A DNA stretch of 64,000 nucleotides from an uncultured virus (IMG/VR IMGVR_UViG_3300033153_010090). Its lineage: Duplodnaviria > Heunggongvirae > Uroviricota > Caudoviricetes. Positions 30,907-41,062 of the stretch are shown piece after piece. The stretch lies in the IMG/VR virus record IMGVR_UViG_3300033153_010090; one strand, 5' to 3'. Position 1 is the stretch's first letter. Each line of letters opens with the position of its first letter. The notes below the pieces were generated by a model. The model was not told the origin of the DNA, did no database searches, and worked only from the letters and a program-made list of their open reading frames with translations. The translations under genes were made by a program, and so were the position numbers.

Positions 30907-32679
30907 CTACACCACCGGCTCGATGTCAGCGTAGGGGTCGTCAACGCCCCGCACGCTCTTCGTCTGTTCGTCAGGCGCCACAGTCATGTTGCTCTGGTAC
31001 GCCTCGAGAGCTCGAGCTCGGATTGTGGGGTCCTGCACGAACTTGGAGAGTTGCACGGATGGGTAGGCCTCGGCAAGCTCGTCCGGGGAAACGTCCGACC
31101 CAGCTTCGCCCACAACCACGCCGCTATCGACGGGGTCGACGTAGTCTGGCTCATCCCGGTAGGTAGTGGGCTCCACCAACAGCTCTGGGTCAGAGTCACC
31201 ATGGACGTCGCGGAGCACTTCAGAAAGCTCTGGCACAGTCTCCAGAATCTCGGTGTAGTCGGTGTCACCGTAGACCGGCTCCAGGTCCGGGGCATCCGTC
31301 CTATCCTGCCCATACGCCAGCTGCTCCTCGTAGGCAGACCCCATCTCAACCTGGACTTCCTCCCCAGCCTCAATGCGTGCCTCGAAATCGCTAGAGTTGG
31401 TCGAGAAGTTGTTGGTGGCGTGGATACCAACGTGCCGGTTGTCCTGTGTACTGAGACGATCCGAGGCGGTCTTGATGCCGGCGGCGGTCGCGTCCAGCGC
31501 GGCCTGTCGTTCTAGCTGTGCCTGGTTCCCGTGGGCGTCCAGTACCACCGGCATCCGAGCAGCACGACGAGCCATGGCATTCACGATGGAGGCCCCAGTC
31601 ACCCCCACTCCCAGGAGACTGGTCACCCCCGCAGAGGCGTTGGCCGGGATCTGCTCCAGGGTGTTCCAGTTCGAGTGAAGCTGTGACGAGAACATTGAGA
31701 AGCTCTCGTTCGACGCACGGGCGACAGACTCCAACCCCTCCGATACACCGTTCACCTCAGTGAGCACACCACCAATCAGGACGTTCGCTTGCTGCGCGGT
31801 GAAGTTCGTGAGCTTCAGCGCCTTGTCTACGTGGGACAGGGCCTTCGCCTGCCAGTAGCGTGGGCCATAGCGTCTGATGTCGGCAATCAGCTTGAGGAAG
31901 CGATTAACCGTCGTGTCCCCCGCCGATCTCCATGAGGGGATGTTCAACCTACCTGGAGGCGGTTCATATTGCTGGTTGGTCTCACCACCTATTATGTTGG
32001 CGATCCCCTCAAAGTGGGGCGATCCAATGTTGGAGAAGTCATAGTAGTTCGTCACGAACATCGTCAGACTGAAGTTCATCTCATTGGGTCGGTCGGCGCT
32101 CTCAGAGGCCTGTGCCCCAAGCGCGTAACCCTCGAGAACGATGGTGTCCCAGGAGATGTAAGCGCGAGCGTTGAGCTGCACCAGCTTCGTCCCGCGCAAG
32201 TAGTTGTCGTAGTTGAACCAGAACTGACTCCGCCAGTTGAAATCCAAGCTGTTGATGAGGAGGCCGCTGAAGGTGACTGTCCGCGGCTGCTCGCCATAGA
32301 AGAAGATGTAGGGGTCGCCAAACGTGTCGACGATCTGGCTCTTCTCGTTCCGCTGCTCTGTCACCTGGCTCAGGATGAAGTCGCTGTACTCCTCCACCTT
32401 CGGTGCAGCATTGCCTGTCTGCGCCGGCATGGCGTTCTCACCAGCGCGAGAAGGAGACGCGAGAGGAATCGGTAGGCCATTGGCGTCGACGATGCTGATG
32501 GTAGTCGGTCGCTCGCCCTTGAGGTCAATCCCCATGTACGGCCGCCGGGCTGTGTTATTCCCCTTCGCTCCACCGTCGCTACGATTGAACTTCGCGATCC
32601 TCATCTCCATGACCTTACCGAAGCTGTCAGTCTCAATGGTGGTATAGGATTGGGACGGTGGGATGAGTGTGTCGGCCAT
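30907..32679 (-). CDS. Putative tail tube initiator/baseplate protein
   Basis: EQRNEKSQIVDTFG..YIFFYGEQPR...FSGLL tube-like fold; position after the tape measure. Confidence 0.55.
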   Translation of the reverse strand: MADTLIPPSQSYTTIETDSFGKVMEMRIAKFNRSDGGAKGNNTARRPYMGIDLKGERPTTISIVDANGLPIPLASPSRAGENAMPAQTGNAAPKVEEYSDFILSQVTEQRNEKSQIVDTFGDPYIFFYGEQPRTVTFSGLLINSLDFNWRSQFWFNYDNYLRGTKLVQLNARAYISWDTIVLEGYALGAQASESADRPNEMNFSLTMFVTNYYDFSNIGSPHFEGIANIIGGETNQQYEPPPGRLNIPSWRSAGDTTVNRFLKLIADIRRYGPRYWQAKALSHVDKALKLTNFTAQQANVLIGGVLTEVNGVSEGLESVARASNESFSMFSSQLHSNWNTLEQIPANASAGVTSLLGVGVTGASIVNAMARRAARMPVVLDAHGNQAQLERQAALDATAAGIKTASDRLSTQDNRHVGIHATNNFSTNSSDFEARIEAGEEVQVEMGSAYEEQLAYGQDRTDAPDLEPVYGDTDYTEILETVPELSEVLRDVHGDSDPELLVEPTTYRDEPDYVDPVDSGVVVGEAGSDVSPDELAEAYPSVQLSKFVQDPTIRARALEAYQSNMTVAPDEQTKSVRGVDDPYADIEPVV

Positions 32680-32682
32680 CTG

Positions 32683-32904
32683 TTACCCCATCACGTGACG
32701 TGGCTTCACGATGAAGTCCTTGAAGTTCTGACCAATCTCATCACCAGAGTCGTCGCCGGTCACCAAACGGTAGAGCTCTCGCCGTACCATGAAGAGGTAA
32801 ACGTCGTCCACCGACGGACGGTCGTAGAAGGTGATCGTCCGTTTGCCGACCCCCTCTGTGTGGAAGTCGAACTTGACGACTCGGCGGGGTCTTGGGTCAG
32901 CCAT
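32683..32904 (-). CDS. Hypothetical protein
   Basis: 73 aa in operon. Confidence 0.6.
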   Translation of the reverse strand: MADPRPRRVVKFDFHTEGVGKRTITFYDRPSVDDVYLFMVRRELYRLVTGDDSGDEIGQNFKDFIVKPRHVMG

Positions 32905-32906
32905 TG

Positions 32907-35900
32907 CTATCCGTCTCGATCTTCTGGTTGTGACGAGTTCTTCTCCCCCGGATCTTGAGTTTCCAGCTTCGCATCAAGAGCAGGAACCAGTCTCGTCAGT
33001 CTTCCAGCAACCTCTCCGAACTTATCAGCGACGATCTCCTGACGCTCGATGAGCTCACGCATCGTTTTCTGTGGGCCCACATCCTTCGCCATCTTCCCGA
33101 CTATTCCTCGAACCTTCTCGAGCTCTTTCGCGTCGTAGCCGCCTTCCTCCATCTCCGCAACCTGGGCGCGCTCATCGTCAGTCATCGTGGCCCCAATGTC
33201 CATCTGAAGAGCCCCGCCGAGCTTCCCAAGGGCTTTCTTGAAGTCCCTCTTGGAAAGGGGCTTTCCCTTGCGCGCCTGGAGAAGCGACTCACTCATACCC
33301 AAGCCGGCAATCATCCGACCGACGCCACCACCAGAGGCCAGGGCTCCCATGGCCTCCTTGTTCCCTTGAACCTCAACTCCGAGCTCAGCAGCCTTCGCAG
33401 CAGCGAGCTCCTGGTCGTCCACATTGGTCGACTTGTAGAGCTTCAAGACCTCCTTGTACTTCCTGCTCTGGTCCGAGGACAATGACGCAGTGGTGCGCCT
33501 TGTAAAAACCTCTTCCTCCTGCGCGACGGAAGCCCTCTCCTCTATGACCCCCATCGTCACGTCCTGTGCACGCAGGTCCTGCATCTTGCCGACCTTGGTG
33601 TTCAGGTCGTTCATGAACTGGCTGTCTTCCAACCCCTGATGGCTTTTAATGAAGTCGAACATCTTGAGCGCGTCGGGGTCTCCTCTTCGAGCGGCCTCGA
33701 GGAATTTGTTACCCTTAATGTCGTCGGGCTTTCCTTTAGCGACCCATTCTCTCAGGTCTGAACTCCACTTCTGCTTGGTCAACGCGCGCATGATCTCTTT
33801 CTTTTCCAGCGGTTCTTTTTCAGCTCTGCCCATAGCGACCAATGCGCGCGCAGCGATACCTGTTGGCTTATCTCGCTCCTGCACCCGCATAAAGCTCTCA
33901 GCAAGACTTGACACGGTCTCGTCCATATTCTTCTTCAGCTCTTTCCTGGAAGTCGGTATGTTAGAAAGCTCCTTCCGGGCGAACACCTTTGAAGACTCAC
34001 GGAACCCGCTGACGTCCTCCTCACCTGCGGCAACAGCCATCAGCTCCATCATGTCGAGATTCACTTGGCCAGAGCCACCTGCTTTACCCTCCCGGAGAGA
34101 CTCCACCGCCTTACGCACTGCCCCTCCCCCTTGCAAGCGGACGAGGCCCATCATCTGCTTTCTGAACTCCCCGTGAGAAACCTTCCCCTGACTTCGCAAC
34201 ATCATCAGGTTGCGGCCCTCTTCGGAGGATGCCGCAGTGATCATGGCCTTCTTGAGAGTCTCGACATGCTTACCACTATCAGGGCCTCCGCTGTAGCCCA
34301 CGGAGGCCAAAGTGAAGTTCGACCCGGCCAGGCGCTGGGTCCTCTGATAGGCCTCGTTAGTCTCCCCCACCCTCGAAAACGTGCCTTCACCCAAGTCGTA
34401 CTGCCCATCGCCTCCCTTGAACTGCAGGTTCTGTCCCATCCGCTGGAGAGCTTCCTTGCGAGACTGTGCACCCTCAGCCATCCCGCCACGTGCAAAACTC
34501 TCAATCATGCCAGTGCCTGTCTCGAGCCTCGACCCTGCCTTGTCCATATCCGCGGGCTGAACAAGCCCTCTCGTACGAAGAATCTGATTACGCTGTTGGG
34601 GGCTTATGTCGATCCCACCGCTACGGTCTCCACCAATCAGCCCCTGCCACGCTTCGTCGATGGACTCACCTAGATCCTGGGCCATGTCGGCACCGGACTC
34701 GCGTAGAGGCCTCCAAGCCGATTCCCATCGTTGCTTGATGGCATCCTTCGCCCCAGACAGACTTCTATTCATCCGAATGTCGAGCTCGCGCTCGCGCTGG
34801 CTCAGCATGTCCTTCATGCGTTTACGATTGTCCTCTTTAATTTGAGGCAGCTTCTCCATCATCTTCATGGCCATCTCGACATCGCGTTCTGTCGCACCAG
34901 TGATGTGCTTCAGCACTGTGGCCTGAATGTCGTCAGATGAATCAGAATGACCGGACTTATCGAGCACCATCTGCATCATCGCTGCGGAGCCTTCGAGACC
35001 TCCCTTGCCGACGAGCTCCCCCTGCATCTTCTTCTGCTGCATCATGTAAGACGCTGCACCCTCACGAGTCCCGGTCAGCTTGCGCCCTCTCTTCTCGAGC
35101 GCTCCGATGTCCAACTGACCTGCCTTCAGCTTACGCATCATCTCGGGGTCCATCTCTCCCGTGAACTCCCCGTCTTCGAACTGACCCATGCCCGCGACAG
35201 CCAGCTTGCCCATCGGACTCTGGGCCATACGAGCGGTCATACCCATCATGCCCTGGGCAACCATCCGCTGACCCTCTCGGCCGCCCACCCCCCCAGTGAA
35301 CTCAGTGATGTCCTGATTGCTTAGGGCGCCGATGTTCGTCGCGCCTTGGACGTTCATGAACGCCTTCTGCCCTGCCAAAGCACCCGCGCCGAGACGTCCG
35401 CCCATGCCGTGAACCATCTGAGCACCAGCGCCCATTGTGGCACCCAGTTGCTGCGCTCCCTGTGGTCCTGCCATCTTCATGGCGGCCGATCCACCCATGA
35501 TGTCGCCGGCAGTCCACATGCCCATCTGCTGGAACTTCTGCAGCATCGGGGCTGCCTCTTCCATGGACGTGCCCATCATCTTGGCGATGATGTCGGTCTG
35601 CTTGACCATGTTGGAGAACTTTTGCTTGAACGACGAAGCATCGACGCTGCCAGTCAGCATCCCCATCTGGGAGAACTTGTCGGCCAGCTTGGTCACCGTT
35701 TGGACAGAGGCCATGACGTTGTCGTCGGCCAGCTCCTCGATGACGCTCACCATCTGACGAATCTGGCCACGGTCCAGCTTACCGCCCGGGCGAGACCCTG
35801 CGCCGTACTGAGGGCCCGCCATCTGCCCTGACACGCGCTCCATGTCCTGGGTGGTCTGGACACCCTGGTAGAACTGCTGACCAGCCTCCACGGCCGCCAT

Positions 35901-36365
35901 GCCCGCTGCGGCCGCGGGCGCAGCAGCCAAGCCTGCCATGCCTACCCCTGCACCCAGGCGAGCCAACCCAGGGAGAGCCCCACGGCCGAAGCCGGCTCCA
36001 ATCTGCCCCATGGTGGCGCCGAACCCCCCACCGCCAGCGCCCACACCACGGGCAAACCCCCTCGCAGCCCCAGTAAAGGGGTCAGCCCAACCAGCCGCAC
36101 CGCCCATCATCCCGGCTGCGAGAGGAACACCCGCAGCGGCCATGGGTGCCATCATCCCTGCGGCGCCCGCTATTTTCGAGCCTGTGTCCTGTGTCTGGTT
36201 GAACGGATCTCCCCCATAGGAGGGAGGAGCCTGCATAGCCCCGCCGGTGGGCCCAGGGCCCGTCCCGTACAAGCTACCAATCTGCTGAGACATCTGGGAC
36301 TGGTTGCCGAACATGGCAACCTGGCCACCGATCATGCCAGACGTCTGTAAGCTGGAAAGGGGCAT
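32907..36365 (-). CDS. Tail tape measure protein
   Basis: 1152 aa, Gly/Ala/Met-rich and helical, upstream of baseplate genes. Confidence 0.8.
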   Translation of the reverse strand: MPLSSLQTSGMIGGQVAMFGNQSQMSQQIGSLYGTGPGPTGGAMQAPPSYGGDPFNQTQDTGSKIAGAAGMMAPMAAAGVPLAAGMMGGAAGWADPFTGAARGFARGVGAGGGGFGATMGQIGAGFGRGALPGLARLGAGVGMAGLAAAPAAAAGMAAVEAGQQFYQGVQTTQDMERVSGQMAGPQYGAGSRPGGKLDRGQIRQMVSVIEELADDNVMASVQTVTKLADKFSQMGMLTGSVDASSFKQKFSNMVKQTDIIAKMMGTSMEEAAPMLQKFQQMGMWTAGDIMGGSAAMKMAGPQGAQQLGATMGAGAQMVHGMGGRLGAGALAGQKAFMNVQGATNIGALSNQDITEFTGGVGGREGQRMVAQGMMGMTARMAQSPMGKLAVAGMGQFEDGEFTGEMDPEMMRKLKAGQLDIGALEKRGRKLTGTREGAASYMMQQKKMQGELVGKGGLEGSAAMMQMVLDKSGHSDSSDDIQATVLKHITGATERDVEMAMKMMEKLPQIKEDNRKRMKDMLSQRERELDIRMNRSLSGAKDAIKQRWESAWRPLRESGADMAQDLGESIDEAWQGLIGGDRSGGIDISPQQRNQILRTRGLVQPADMDKAGSRLETGTGMIESFARGGMAEGAQSRKEALQRMGQNLQFKGGDGQYDLGEGTFSRVGETNEAYQRTQRLAGSNFTLASVGYSGGPDSGKHVETLKKAMITAASSEEGRNLMMLRSQGKVSHGEFRKQMMGLVRLQGGGAVRKAVESLREGKAGGSGQVNLDMMELMAVAAGEEDVSGFRESSKVFARKELSNIPTSRKELKKNMDETVSSLAESFMRVQERDKPTGIAARALVAMGRAEKEPLEKKEIMRALTKQKWSSDLREWVAKGKPDDIKGNKFLEAARRGDPDALKMFDFIKSHQGLEDSQFMNDLNTKVGKMQDLRAQDVTMGVIEERASVAQEEEVFTRRTTASLSSDQSRKYKEVLKLYKSTNVDDQELAAAKAAELGVEVQGNKEAMGALASGGGVGRMIAGLGMSESLLQARKGKPLSKRDFKKALGKLGGALQMDIGATMTDDERAQVAEMEEGGYDAKELEKVRGIVGKMAKDVGPQKTMRELIERQEIVADKFGEVAGRLTRLVPALDAKLETQDPGEKNSSQPEDRDG

Positions 36366-36382
36366 AGGCGTCCTCCGGTCTC

Positions 36383-36391
36383 AGCATACCA
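36383..36391 (-). promoter_or_regulatory. Extended -10 element (TGGTATGCT) for the tape-measure operon
   Basis: TGnTAnnnT just upstream of GGAGG RBS and ATG 36365. Confidence 0.5.
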
Positions 36392-36414
36392 TGACTGAAA
36401 ACTAGACCTGAGTC

Positions 36415-36425
36415 TTTGGAATAAG
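36415..36425 (+). promoter_or_regulatory. Phage promoter motif YGGHATAAG
   Basis: TTTGGAATAAG, one of 12 plus-strand copies. Confidence 0.7.
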
Positions 36426-36429
36426 AAGA

Positions 36430-36515
36430 GTGGAGCCTAGTAGGGCTCTTCGTCTGACATGAGGACGGGCTGCAGCACCAATGACCTGTCAGATATGACC
36501 GCGGTCAATTTTTAG
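36430..36515 (+). ncRNA. Candidate small RNA 1
   Basis: Promoter motif to TTTTTAG; stems GAGCC/GGCTC and TCTGACA/TGTCAGA; no RBS-led ORF. Confidence 0.4.
36495..36508. repeat. Dispersed palindrome, copy 3 (ATGACCGCGGTCAA)
   Basis: One mismatch to consensus; intergenic/stop region. Confidence 0.75.
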
Positions 36516-36772
36516 CCAGGAAGGCCAGAGGGCTTCGCCACTGCGTCCACTCGGCCACGCAGCTTCTGATAGATGTACCCGACGATGGCTTTATGCTCCC
36601 AGGACGCCAGACCGTCGGCCCAAAGGACATCAATCTCGGCCCCGCCCGTTCGAAGGTACGCGTCGAAAAGGTCCGCTTCTTTACGGCATAAGTCACGTAA
36701 AGGAGGCCCACCTTCGCCGACAAGCTGTTGGATCTTTGGGTCATCGATCGTCATCTTTATCTGGGACATCAC
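36512..36772 (-). CDS. Hypothetical protein
   Basis: 86 aa ORF filling the gap. Confidence 0.55.
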   Translation of the reverse strand: MMSQIKMTIDDPKIQQLVGEGGPPLRDLCRKEADLFDAYLRTGGAEIDVLWADGLASWEHKAIVGYIYQKLRGRVDAVAKPSGLPG

Positions 36773-36817
36773 CCATACATACGCCGGCGCTCAGTTGGTG
36801 TCAAACGAGGAGAAACC

Positions 36818-38173
36818 ATGAAGTTTCGAGAGTTCAGGCAGGAGAAGGGGAGAACGGCCAAACCCCAGGTCTGGCAGATTGGCCAGGATGGAAACCAAGT
36901 CAACGTGATGTGGGGGCAACTCGACGGCAAGATGCAGAGCACGGTGCAGCGGTTCGAGGCTGTGAACGCCGGAAAGAAGAATGAGAAACCCCCCAAACAG
37001 GTCGCACAAGAATTCCTGGAGAAGGAGGTCCTCAAGCGTCTGCGGCGTGGGTACAAGGAGGTCGACTCGGCCGGTGAATACCTGACGGCTGACGAGATGA
37101 AGGTCGGTGACGAGACCATCAAGCATGGTGACGAGATCGACTTCGTGCGCCTGCCCAACAACCTGCGGTTCTACAAGCCGCAGAACACCATGAACAAGCA
37201 CATGGAGAAGATGGCAGCAGCTGGCAACGCCATGTACCTCCGCAAGCGGGATGGCAACATGTTCGTCGTCTCCGTGGACGAGTGGGGGAACCCGAGGCTC
37301 TACAGCTCCACCCTCTCACCGACCCCCAAGGGTGAGCAGGCGCCCTGGCTGGACCGGTTCCCTCATCTCGAGGTAGCACTGGCTGGCAAGATCCCACCGA
37401 AGAGCATCCTGCTCTGCGAGATGGTAGCGAGCGAGTGCAATGACGACCTGGACTATGTTGGTCAGGTCCTCCGCTCGCTCACAGCCAAGGCCATTGAGTT
37501 CCAGGACGCGAACCACGGCCTGTGGCTCTGTGTCTGGGACGTCGCGTTCCTGGGTGGGCAGCAGCTCATCGGGAACCTCTCCATCATGCACCGGCTCACC
37601 CAGGCTGAGGACCTGGCCGCCGGCATCGAGTACATGACCACACCGGACACCCTCCTCACCGGGCAGGTCCACAACCCAGAGAACGACTGCTTCGACGGGA
37701 GCACGGAGGAAGCCATCATGTCGGCCAAGGAGTGGGGCTACGAGGGATGGGTGGTGGTCGACCCTGACGCCACCTATGGGGATCGCGGCATCTCCTTCCA
37801 CGGTAAGGCCGAGCGGCCCAAGGAGTGCTGCAAGCTCAAGCCGCTGTACGAGGCTGACTTCATCCTTAGGTGGGACCCGGACAACAAGATCGGCACCAGG
37901 GGAAAGGGGAAGAAGTCCATCGGTGTCGGCTCCTTCTTTGCCTACCTGATGTCGGAGACCGGCGAGGAGATGTACATCTCCAAGGTGGGTGGGGGGCTCA
38001 CTGACGAGGACGTGAAGAAGTATGCCCAGCCAGGCCTCTGCATCGTCGGTCAGGTCGAGTTCGCCTCGATCACCGCCGAGGGGTCGCTGCAGTTCCCCCG
38101 GTTCGTCCGAGAGCGCACCTACAAGGCGCCAGGCTCCTGCACCTACGACCAGCTCAACAACATCCCGAGGTAG
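36818..38173 (+). CDS. ATP-dependent DNA ligase with N-terminal WGR-like domain
   Basis: VMWGQLDG (WGR-like); motif I KRDGN, EGWVV, CKLKP, KVGGG, SLQFPRF; GAGGAG RBS. Confidence 0.9.
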   Translation: MKFREFRQEKGRTAKPQVWQIGQDGNQVNVMWGQLDGKMQSTVQRFEAVNAGKKNEKPPKQVAQEFLEKEVLKRLRRGYKEVDSAGEYLTADEMKVGDETIKHGDEIDFVRLPNNLRFYKPQNTMNKHMEKMAAAGNAMYLRKRDGNMFVVSVDEWGNPRLYSSTLSPTPKGEQAPWLDRFPHLEVALAGKIPPKSILLCEMVASECNDDLDYVGQVLRSLTAKAIEFQDANHGLWLCVWDVAFLGGQQLIGNLSIMHRLTQAEDLAAGIEYMTTPDTLLTGQVHNPENDCFDGSTEEAIMSAKEWGYEGWVVVDPDATYGDRGISFHGKAERPKECCKLKPLYEADFILRWDPDNKIGTRGKGKKSIGVGSFFAYLMSETGEEMYISKVGGGLTDEDVKKYAQPGLCIVGQVEFASITAEGSLQFPRFVRERTYKAPGSCTYDQLNNIPR

Positions 38174-38175
38174 CT

Positions 38176-38535
38176 ATGAGCGACTACTTCAACGACCCTG
38201 AAACCCTCGCGTACACAGCTCAGTACGAGAAGGACCTGAAAGAGTCCAGACGGCGACACGCTACATTCTTACGACAGCGGGACAACCCTATACGACCGGA
38301 GAACGTTGAGGGAGGTTGTGGCCCAGGGCACCGAGTCAGCCTCAACATGGCGTCGTGGCGGGGGAAGACCATCGAGTGCGAGAATTGCGGCCGCACCTTG
38401 GCCGGCTGGCAGGAAAAGTTCAAAGGGAAACACAGCAAGGATGGGCCCTTCTTGGATCTGAAAACAGGATGGGTGCTCACCTCCACCGCGGAAGCTCCGT
38501 GCAAGGGACGCCAGGAGGAAACTGATGGATCCTGA
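38176..38535 (+). CDS. Hypothetical zinc-binding protein
   Basis: H...CENC; operonic. Confidence 0.65.
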   Translation: MSDYFNDPETLAYTAQYEKDLKESRRRHATFLRQRDNPIRPENVEGGCGPGHRVSLNMASWRGKTIECENCGRTLAGWQEKFKGKHSKDGPFLDLKTGWVLTSTAEAPCKGRQEETDGS

Positions 38536-38722
38536 CACTGCGCTCGAGCGCATCCGAGAGCTGGCGCAAGAGATAGTTGAGCGGACCGACAACACAGACA
38601 ACTACGAGTACGAGTACGACAGAATCACTGCAGACCTCGGGGCAGAGCTAGCAGAGGTCTTCACCGGGCTCGACGAATGGGTCAAAAAGGGCGGATTCCT
38701 GCCCAAGGATTGGAGAGTCTAG
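38525..38722 (+). CDS. Hypothetical protein
   Basis: MDPDTAL...LDEWVKKGGFLPKDW; AGGAGG RBS. Confidence 0.75.
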   Translation: MDPDTALERIRELAQEIVERTDNTDNYEYEYDRITADLGAELAEVFTGLDEWVKKGGFLPKDWRV

Positions 38723-38724
38723 CT

Positions 38725-39750
38725 GTGAGCAAGAGAACATTGACGAACATATACGGGTACAAACATGGTGGCGACACCTACTGTACAGAGTGCGACGTGC
38801 CTCAAGGGGCCATAGGTCGAAAACTCGTGCGAGGGGGAAGCGTGTGCCCCGGGTGCAGGAAAATCTACTCTGGGCGCGGTGTGTGGGCGGACGCGGGAAC
38901 TACCGTGATTACCGTGGCTCCCGCCAACTCCGCGAAAGATCTCGCCGAGAAGTTCGAGGACATCGACAAGAAGGTCCGCCGAGTCGAGATTGACCGGGTA
39001 GCAAAGGCCAGCCTCTACGACCTACTGCAGCACGAACTCGAGATCAAGAACCCCCACGACGGATGGAACAAGCTGTCCAAACAGTTCCCAGAGGTTCTCG
39101 CGTTTGGCGAGAACCTCTTCATCTTCCAGGGACAGGGCCAGAAGCCTACCCCGGTGGTCAATCTCAAGGAGTGGCTGCACATTCTCATGCTGACCAAGAA
39201 GCCTCTCGGGACGGAGGTCCGGCAGGTGGCATCCGAGGTTCTGGAGACCAAGCTCAACGAGGTTATGGGCGTGGTCAAAAGCCAAGGGGGAGAGTTCCGC
39301 GAGCTGTTCGCGGCGATGACCGAAGCTCTCCGAGCGCAGGGGGAGCGTCTCGAGTCCCTCGAGACCAAGCTGGAGAGCCCTATCCACAACAGCCTCGAGC
39401 TCACGAAGAAGGACGCCCTGGGTGTCATCCGTGGGCTATTCGAATCTCAGTGGAAGAATGAGTTCGACAAGAAGAATCTGGTCAATAACCATGAGGACTG
39501 GGAGCGGTTCAACTCAGAGTGGAAGTCTGTGAACAATGGCGCTAAGAGGGAGAACTGGACCCTCAAGCACTACATGGCGGCCGTCACACACATCCGTTCC
39601 AAGTACAAGATCGACCTATGGCCCAGTGTGATCGGACCGTTTGTCCGGCTGGACGTGTCTGAGTCTGACGTACCCAACCCAACTGTGCTCAAGCCGCGTC
39701 TTAGAAAGAACGTGAATCGTAAGTTGAGCATCGGAGCTAACAATGGGTGA
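38725..39750 (+). CDS. Bro-N/antirepressor-like DNA-binding protein with N-terminal Zn finger
   Basis: CxxC pairs; FQGQGQKPTPVVNLKEWLHILM; coiled coil. Confidence 0.55.
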   Translation: MSKRTLTNIYGYKHGGDTYCTECDVPQGAIGRKLVRGGSVCPGCRKIYSGRGVWADAGTTVITVAPANSAKDLAEKFEDIDKKVRRVEIDRVAKASLYDLLQHELEIKNPHDGWNKLSKQFPEVLAFGENLFIFQGQGQKPTPVVNLKEWLHILMLTKKPLGTEVRQVASEVLETKLNEVMGVVKSQGGEFRELFAAMTEALRAQGERLESLETKLESPIHNSLELTKKDALGVIRGLFESQWKNEFDKKNLVNNHEDWERFNSEWKSVNNGAKRENWTLKHYMAAVTHIRSKYKIDLWPSVIGPFVRLDVSESDVPNPTVLKPRLRKNVNRKLSIGANNG

Positions 39751-40465
39751 CAGGTGTTATCTGCAATGCGGGGTCGCCCCCGAGTGCGTCAAGGACATGG
39801 AAGACATAGTGGAGCTGATTCCGCAGCCAGGTCTGGCAGAATGCGGGAAGTTCATGACCATGACCGACGACCAGGCCAACTACGGAAGCTACGAAGATCT
39901 CGAGAACGCCGCCAAGGTTGGGCTGATCTTCTACGGGTACAACTCTCATGGAGACGAGTACTCGGCGCGCAAGTTTGCCAGCGACGGAGACGGAGAGCTG
40001 TACTTCGTCAAGTGCTTGGAGGAAGAGGAGGGGACCCTTTCCCCGGTGGTGGGGGTCGGCCCATCCGGAGAAGCGGATCCAGAGTTTCTCCACAACGTCA
40101 GGAAGTGTCTAGGCGTGTACAACAGGGTCAAGGCCTTGGCGTTCCCCTCTGAAGAGGAGGGAAACTTCGGAGTGATGCTAGAGGCTCGCCTCGACTGCCT
40201 CGACAACGACACCGTCATGCAGGAGATGGCGTTGTACGACCTCGACAACGTGGGAATGCTGCTGGACTACATTCGGCTGAAGAAGCCCGATGTCAAAATC
40301 ATCAACCACTTTCCAGAGCAAGACTCCGTTGCCGTCGTCGTAGACGACACCAGCATCAAGGTCTGGAAGGACGAGCATGGGGATACACACATCCATGTGT
40401 GCGACCCAGACGGCAGCTGCCACGACATAGTCCTTGGCCGCGAAGACTTCACACAAAAGCTGTAG
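39743..40465 (+). CDS. Hypothetical acidic protein
   Basis: 240 aa, operonic. Confidence 0.7.
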   Translation: MGDRCYLQCGVAPECVKDMEDIVELIPQPGLAECGKFMTMTDDQANYGSYEDLENAAKVGLIFYGYNSHGDEYSARKFASDGDGELYFVKCLEEEEGTLSPVVGVGPSGEADPEFLHNVRKCLGVYNRVKALAFPSEEEGNFGVMLEARLDCLDNDTVMQEMALYDLDNVGMLLDYIRLKKPDVKIINHFPEQDSVAVVVDDTSIKVWKDEHGDTHIHVCDPDGSCHDIVLGREDFTQKL

Positions 40466-40473
40466 GAGGGGTG

Positions 40474-40671
40474 ATGAAGGCAGTCTGCCCAAACAACCCG
40501 GAGCACAAGAGGTTCTACACTGTGGCTCACGTGAGCGAGACGTGGGAGGTGGACGAGCATGGCAACTTCCTCGACACCACCGACGACCCGGGGGACATTG
40601 TTGCCAAACCAGACCCTGGTAACACCTGGCAGTGCGCTACGTGTGAGGCTGTTGCCGAGGTGACACCATGA
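40474..40671 (+). CDS. Small zinc-ribbon protein
   Basis: CP....H...WQCATC; AGGAGG RBS. Confidence 0.7.
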   Translation: MKAVCPNNPEHKRFYTVAHVSETWEVDEHGNFLDTTDDPGDIVAKPDPGNTWQCATCEAVAEVTP

Positions 40672-40865
40672 AGTTCCACGTCAAAGGCGACCTCAAGATC
40701 TCCTACTTCGTCAGGTTGGAGATGACGGTGGAAGCTGAGTCTGAAGAGGAAGCCTTCCACAAGGCTGCCGAGGAGCAGAAGGAGATCGTTGAGGCTGACT
40801 CAGGACACTACCTCTACGAGATGGGGTGGGAGGGAGATTCTCCCGTCGTGAAGGAGGTACCATGA
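40668..40865 (+). CDS. Small acidic protein (VEAESEEEA motif)
   Basis: ATGA-coupled. Confidence 0.7.
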   Translation: MKFHVKGDLKISYFVRLEMTVEAESEEEAFHKAAEEQKEIVEADSGHYLYEMGWEGDSPVVKEVP

Positions 40866-41062
40866 CGAAGACAGGCGGTCGGCCTTATCACGAATATATT
40901 GATCTTGCAGACCGGTGGCACCCGCTGTGCCCGCTGTGCAAGGAGAAGGTCGACTGCAACAGAAACGAGCAGTGCACCAACAGGAAGTGCGATGCCTATG
41001 GCTGGTCTATTGGTCGGACGCAGCTGTGGCTCATCGCCACCTCATCCAGGGAGAAGTCATGA
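40862..41062 (+). CDS. Small Cys-rich protein
   Basis: ATGA-coupled; CPLC...CTNRKC. Confidence 0.65.
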   Translation: MTKTGGRPYHEYIDLADRWHPLCPLCKEKVDCNRNEQCTNRKCDAYGWSIGRTQLWLIATSSREKS

